A DNA stretch of 64,000 nucleotides, taken from NCBI GenBank assembly GCA_003598175.1, contig QZKN01000001.1, forward strand, positions 41,695 to 105,694, written 5' to 3'. Positions 60,460 to 64,000 of the stretch are shown here, one piece after another. The DNA comes from Candidatus Omnitrophota bacterium. Lineage in GTDB: Bacteria > Hinthialibacterota > Hinthialibacteria > Hinthialibacterales > Hinthialibacteraceae. Below the pieces are notes generated by a model that did no database searches, had not been told where the DNA came from, and saw only the letters and a list, made by a program, of their open reading frames with translations. Made by a program: the position numbers and the translations under genes. Positions within the stretch are counted from its first letter, which is position 1, and the number at the start of each line of letters is the position of its first letter.

Positions 60460-60760
60460 CTATAGGGTTTCCACTTCCATTCGATTATTATTTTTCTGTT
60501 TTAACGTATGAAGCAGTTTGACCATAGCCTCATAAAATCCCTGCAACGAATCATAAATTATTATCGTTTCACTGGCGTTATACATAGGGGTCATCCGATT
60601 GCGCGCCATCAGCATGTCCAGCCAGATTTCCTCCTCATGGATCCATAATTCTCCTTGAAACGGACAGCGAGAAATCGGAATGACGTTCTATCTTATATTG
60701 CAAGGATTTCCGTATCTTGGCAAAGGCGCGAATGAGTTTTTTGCCGCCGAGGTTTCGATC
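60460..60760 (-). pseudogene. HI0074-like nucleotidyltransferase substrate-binding (HEPN) remnant
   Basis: Minus frame reads FQGELWIHEEEIWLDMLMARNRMTPMYN...IY..L..FY..M.KL. The N-terminal part is in another frame and shortened. Confidence 0.55.
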
Positions 60761-60920
60761 ATAATGTAAATTGATTTTCGGCTTTCTACAAGATTCATCA
60801 ATCCACGCGACACTTGACGCTATCCTGTAATTCAGAGATGCTTGCCGTAAGCGAAAACGGGTGACAACGGCGCGATCGACAGCGCTTACGCCACCCTATA
60901 TTTGCAAAAGGAAGTTCATT

Positions 60921-62978
60921 ATGTTGAAAACCGTTTTTCGTTTCTTCCTGGGCGCGTTTATTCTCTTTTCTTCCGCTTACGCCGCGGAATCGCCGGGCGG
61001 GAAGACTTATACCAATTCCATCGGTATGGCCTTCGCGCGCATCGAGCCGGGGATGTTTTGGATGGGGTCGGATGGAAGCGATTTGCATGAGGACATCCTG
61101 GCGGCGCGCGAGCATGGCGGCGACAAAATCTGGCTGCCGGACAAGGGGGATTTCGACGAATTTCCGCAACATCGTGTGATCATCAACCAACCGTTTTACA
61201 TCGGCGTATGTGAGGTGACCAATCGCCAGTATGAACAATTCGATCCGCTGCACATGCATATTCGCGGGAAAAAAGGATTTTCCATCGACAACGACGAAGC
61301 GGTGATCTTCGTGAATTGGCATGAGGCGCAGGCGTTTTGCGATTGGTTATCGAAAAAGGAAGGATTGCCGTATCGGTTGCCCACCGAAGCGGAGTGGGAA
61401 TACGCCTGTCGCGCGGGTTCCGTTTCCGTGTTCGCGACGGGAGATACGTTGCCTGACGAATATGTGAAAAATCCTGACAACAGCTGGTTTCCCTGTCCGG
61501 ATCGCAGCCGCAACCGGGAAGATGTGGTCCCGCTGCACGTGGGAAAAACACGGCCGAATGCGTGGGGATTGTTCGACATGCACGGGAACGTGGAAGAATG
61601 GTGTCATGACTTTTACGGACCGTATGCGGATGGCGAGCAAACCGATCCGGTCGGTCGTGTGGATGGGGATTTCAAGGTAACGCGCGGCGGCAGTCATGGC
61701 ACGCCGGCATTTTACCTGCGCTCCGCCAACCGCATGGGGACGCTTGCGGACGATAAAAGTTTTTGCATCGGTTTTCGCGTGGTTCAGGGCGAATTGCCGG
61801 ATACAAATCCATTGCCGCTTCCACCCGCCGAACTCCACCAACGCAACGTTTCTCAAACAATTCCGCTCAATTTGCAAAAGGGACCGGATCCCAACCAGCC
61901 CTACTTTAAAGGTCCACGCGAATATGTCAAAATCGCGGAGAACTCGCAGGGACCGCTATTTTCCCAACACAATCATGATCCCGGCATCGTCGAGTGCCCC
62001 AACGGCGATTTGTTGGCGGTGTGGTATACAACGGTGACGGAACGAGGGCGGGAACTCGGCCAGGCGGCCAGCCGTTTGCGGTACGGGGCGGACGAGTGGG
62101 CGCCGGCGTCGCCGTTTTGGGATGCGCCCGACCGTAACGATCATTGTCCGGCAATGTGGTTTGATGGAGATAAAACAATTTATCATTTTGCCGGCCTTTC
62201 CACCGCGGCGACGTGGGGACCGTTGGCCATCATCATGCGCACTTCGACCGACAACGGCGCCGGCTGGTCGAAAGCGCGTCTGATCATGCCGGAACATCAA
62301 CGCCGCAATCAATGCGTCGAGTCCGTGTTTCGCACTCGCGAAGGATTTATTATCCTGCCCTGCGACGCCACGCCGAGCGGCAATGGAGGAACCGCCATCC
62401 ACGTAAGCAGGGATGAAGGAGAAACGTGGAGCGATCCCGGCGGAACCATCGCCGGGATTCATGCGGCCGTGGTTCAACTTCACGACGGCCGGTTGATGGC
62501 ATTCGGGCGCGGCGACAGCATCGACGGCCACATGCCGAAAAGCGTTTCCACCGATATGGGAAGGACCTGGACCTACAGCGCCAGCGAGTTTCCTCCCATC
62601 GGCGGCGGTCAACGTTTGGTTTTACTGCGTTTGCAGGAAGGACCGTTGTTGCTTGTCTCCTTCGCGAATGGCGGGGGTACGCCGGTTCTTGTCCGCGACG
62701 CGTCCGGCGGGAAACGGGAAATCCACGGGATGTTCGCGGCGATTTCTTACGACGACGGAGAAACCTGGCCAATGAAACGATTGGTCAGCGATGATCAGCC
62801 CGATCACGAAGTCCAATCGCTGGACGACCGCGTTTTCCTGATGAGTCCCAGCGTTTCCGAGCCGCGCGGGTATCTCTCCGTCTGCCAGACCACCAACGGC
62901 GTCATTCATTTGATCAGCAGTCGGAATCATTACGAATTCAATCTGAAATGGCTGGAAACTCCCGCGCCGTCGTTGTGA
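60921..62978 (+). CDS. Secreted FGE-sulfatase (SUMF1-like) domain plus BNR/sialidase domain protein
   Basis: RLPTEAEWEYACRAG and NAWGLFDMHGNV.EW. Four Asp-boxes (STDNGAGW, SRDEGETW, STDMGRTW, SYDDGETW). Confidence 0.88.
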   Translation: MLKTVFRFFLGAFILFSSAYAAESPGGKTYTNSIGMAFARIEPGMFWMGSDGSDLHEDILAAREHGGDKIWLPDKGDFDEFPQHRVIINQPFYIGVCEVTNRQYEQFDPLHMHIRGKKGFSIDNDEAVIFVNWHEAQAFCDWLSKKEGLPYRLPTEAEWEYACRAGSVSVFATGDTLPDEYVKNPDNSWFPCPDRSRNREDVVPLHVGKTRPNAWGLFDMHGNVEEWCHDFYGPYADGEQTDPVGRVDGDFKVTRGGSHGTPAFYLRSANRMGTLADDKSFCIGFRVVQGELPDTNPLPLPPAELHQRNVSQTIPLNLQKGPDPNQPYFKGPREYVKIAENSQGPLFSQHNHDPGIVECPNGDLLAVWYTTVTERGRELGQAASRLRYGADEWAPASPFWDAPDRNDHCPAMWFDGDKTIYHFAGLSTAATWGPLAIIMRTSTDNGAGWSKARLIMPEHQRRNQCVESVFRTREGFIILPCDATPSGNGGTAIHVSRDEGETWSDPGGTIAGIHAAVVQLHDGRLMAFGRGDSIDGHMPKSVSTDMGRTWTYSASEFPPIGGGQRLVLLRLQEGPLLLVSFANGGGTPVLVRDASGGKREIHGMFAAISYDDGETWPMKRLVSDDQPDHEVQSLDDRVFLMSPSVSEPRGYLSVCQTTNGVIHLISSRNHYEFNLKWLETPAPSL

Positions 62979-63098
62979 GTGATGAAACTGGTTATGGAAT
63001 GCGATAGAATTTCAGTGTAGTTATCGACAGTAGTTTCAGGTTGTTTCCCCATCATGAATAATCGACGGATTCTTTCAAAAATTGGTTTCACCAATCCG

Positions 63099-63902
63099 AT
63101 GAGGAATATTTTCGTACGACTGGTTGCGTTGTTCCTATTGTTTTCCGGAGTGGAAGTGAATGCAGCGGCAGATATCCTGTCAGGCGATTCGCCGTTTTGG
63201 CAAACGTTTTGGTTTCGTTTGCTATTGCTTATCTGCATCATCGGCGGGATTTATCTTGCTTATTATTTTCGGATACGAACGTTGAAGAACAAGCTGCGAA
63301 GGCTCAGCGAGGAACTCCAAAAGCAAAAGGATCGATTGAAAGATCAGGTTCTTGTCATGCAGCAAGCCCGGGAACGGCTGCAGGAACTCACCACGATAGA
63401 CGAATTAACCGGCATCCCCAATCGCTTGAAATTTGAGCAACACCTCGAGCAGGAATGGAAGCGGGCGCGCCGGGAATTGTATCCCCTGGCGATTGTGATT
63501 TGCGACATCGACCATTTGAAAGCCTACAACGACGCATACGGGCGTCAACACGGCGATCAATGCCTGGTTCGCGTCGCCCGCATCCTTAAAAACCTCGTTC
63601 GCCGTCCCGGCGATTTGGCGGCGCGGTATGGCGAGGAGGAGTTTATCGTCGTGCTGTCGAACACCAATCCCGATCAGGCGTTTTATGTATCCGAGAAAAT
63701 ACGTAAAGCGATTTATGATCTGCAACTACCTCATGCGGAAGGAGTGAAAACCAGGGTGGTTACCGCCAGTTTCGGCGTGGCCGGCGCCATTCCCCGCGAG
63801 GATATGAATTCTCTCGCGTTGATCGGCTGCGCCGATCGCGCATTGTCCCGCGCGAAAAAGGAGGGGCGAAATCGCGTCGTCGTCGAAACGTGTGAAATGT
63901 AA
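63099..63902 (+). CDS. Membrane-anchored GGDEF domain protein with a GEEEF active-site variant
   Basis: DELTGIPNR, DIDHLK.YND.YG...GD and RPGDLAARYGEEEF. Signal-like segment plus one TM and a coiled coil. Confidence 0.85.
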   Translation: MRNIFVRLVALFLLFSGVEVNAAADILSGDSPFWQTFWFRLLLLICIIGGIYLAYYFRIRTLKNKLRRLSEELQKQKDRLKDQVLVMQQARERLQELTTIDELTGIPNRLKFEQHLEQEWKRARRELYPLAIVICDIDHLKAYNDAYGRQHGDQCLVRVARILKNLVRRPGDLAARYGEEEFIVVLSNTNPDQAFYVSEKIRKAIYDLQLPHAEGVKTRVVTASFGVAGAIPREDMNSLALIGCADRALSRAKKEGRNRVVVETCEM

Positions 63903-64000
63903 TCTTTTTCGATGAATGGGAGGGATCAATCCGCCGGTAAAGACCCGTTTCTCAAGGTGGATGACTCCTCGGGTCCCGTCGACGGAACCAGGCTGACGCG

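Noticed and set aside
1-64000. CRISPR array, tRNA/rRNA, integrase, intact transposase or prophage
   Set aside because: I saw no regularly spaced repeats, tRNA arms or recognisable mobile-element enzymes by eye. A tool scan could still find weak cases.
63912-64000. Open frame starting MNGRDQSAGK at the window end
   Set aside because: It is too short and is cut by the window edge, so it cannot be called.

Overview
GC-rich bacterial chromosome segment. The lone AFTLIELL prepilin-like gene, Tat-rich catabolic genes and a PT-linker/dockerin-like protein suggest a PVC-adjacent lineage such as Sumerlaeota or Hinthialibacterota (inference only). The core backbone is rnpB, uvrB, a flagellar switch/export operon (fliL-fliM-fliY-extra SpoA gene-fliO-fliP-fliQ-fliR-flhB-flhA-flhF-flhG), topA, rluB-scpB-scpA, an aminotransferase, lexA and purB. 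A putative catabolic/transport operon (7.1-14.7 kb) and several signalling proteins lie between these genes. Many small accessory inserts interrupt the backbone: VapBC, a RelE pair, two orphan HicB genes, MNT-HEPN, and two near-identical PD-(D/E)XK coiled-coil genes 51 kb apart. Other inserts are a low-GC three-gene islet and decayed fragments (Mrr, UPF0175, HI0074-like, sulfatase, WYL-like). REP-like hairpins often mark the junctions. No tRNA, rRNA, CRISPR array, integrase or intact transposase was seen. The best leads are the low-GC unknown gene pair beside an ORF6N gene, a GTTCACATGTWC motif shared by the ORF6N and lexA upstream regions, the duplicated nuclease-like genes, and a third SpoA-type switch protein. 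All calls come from motif recognition by eye; no database search was run.
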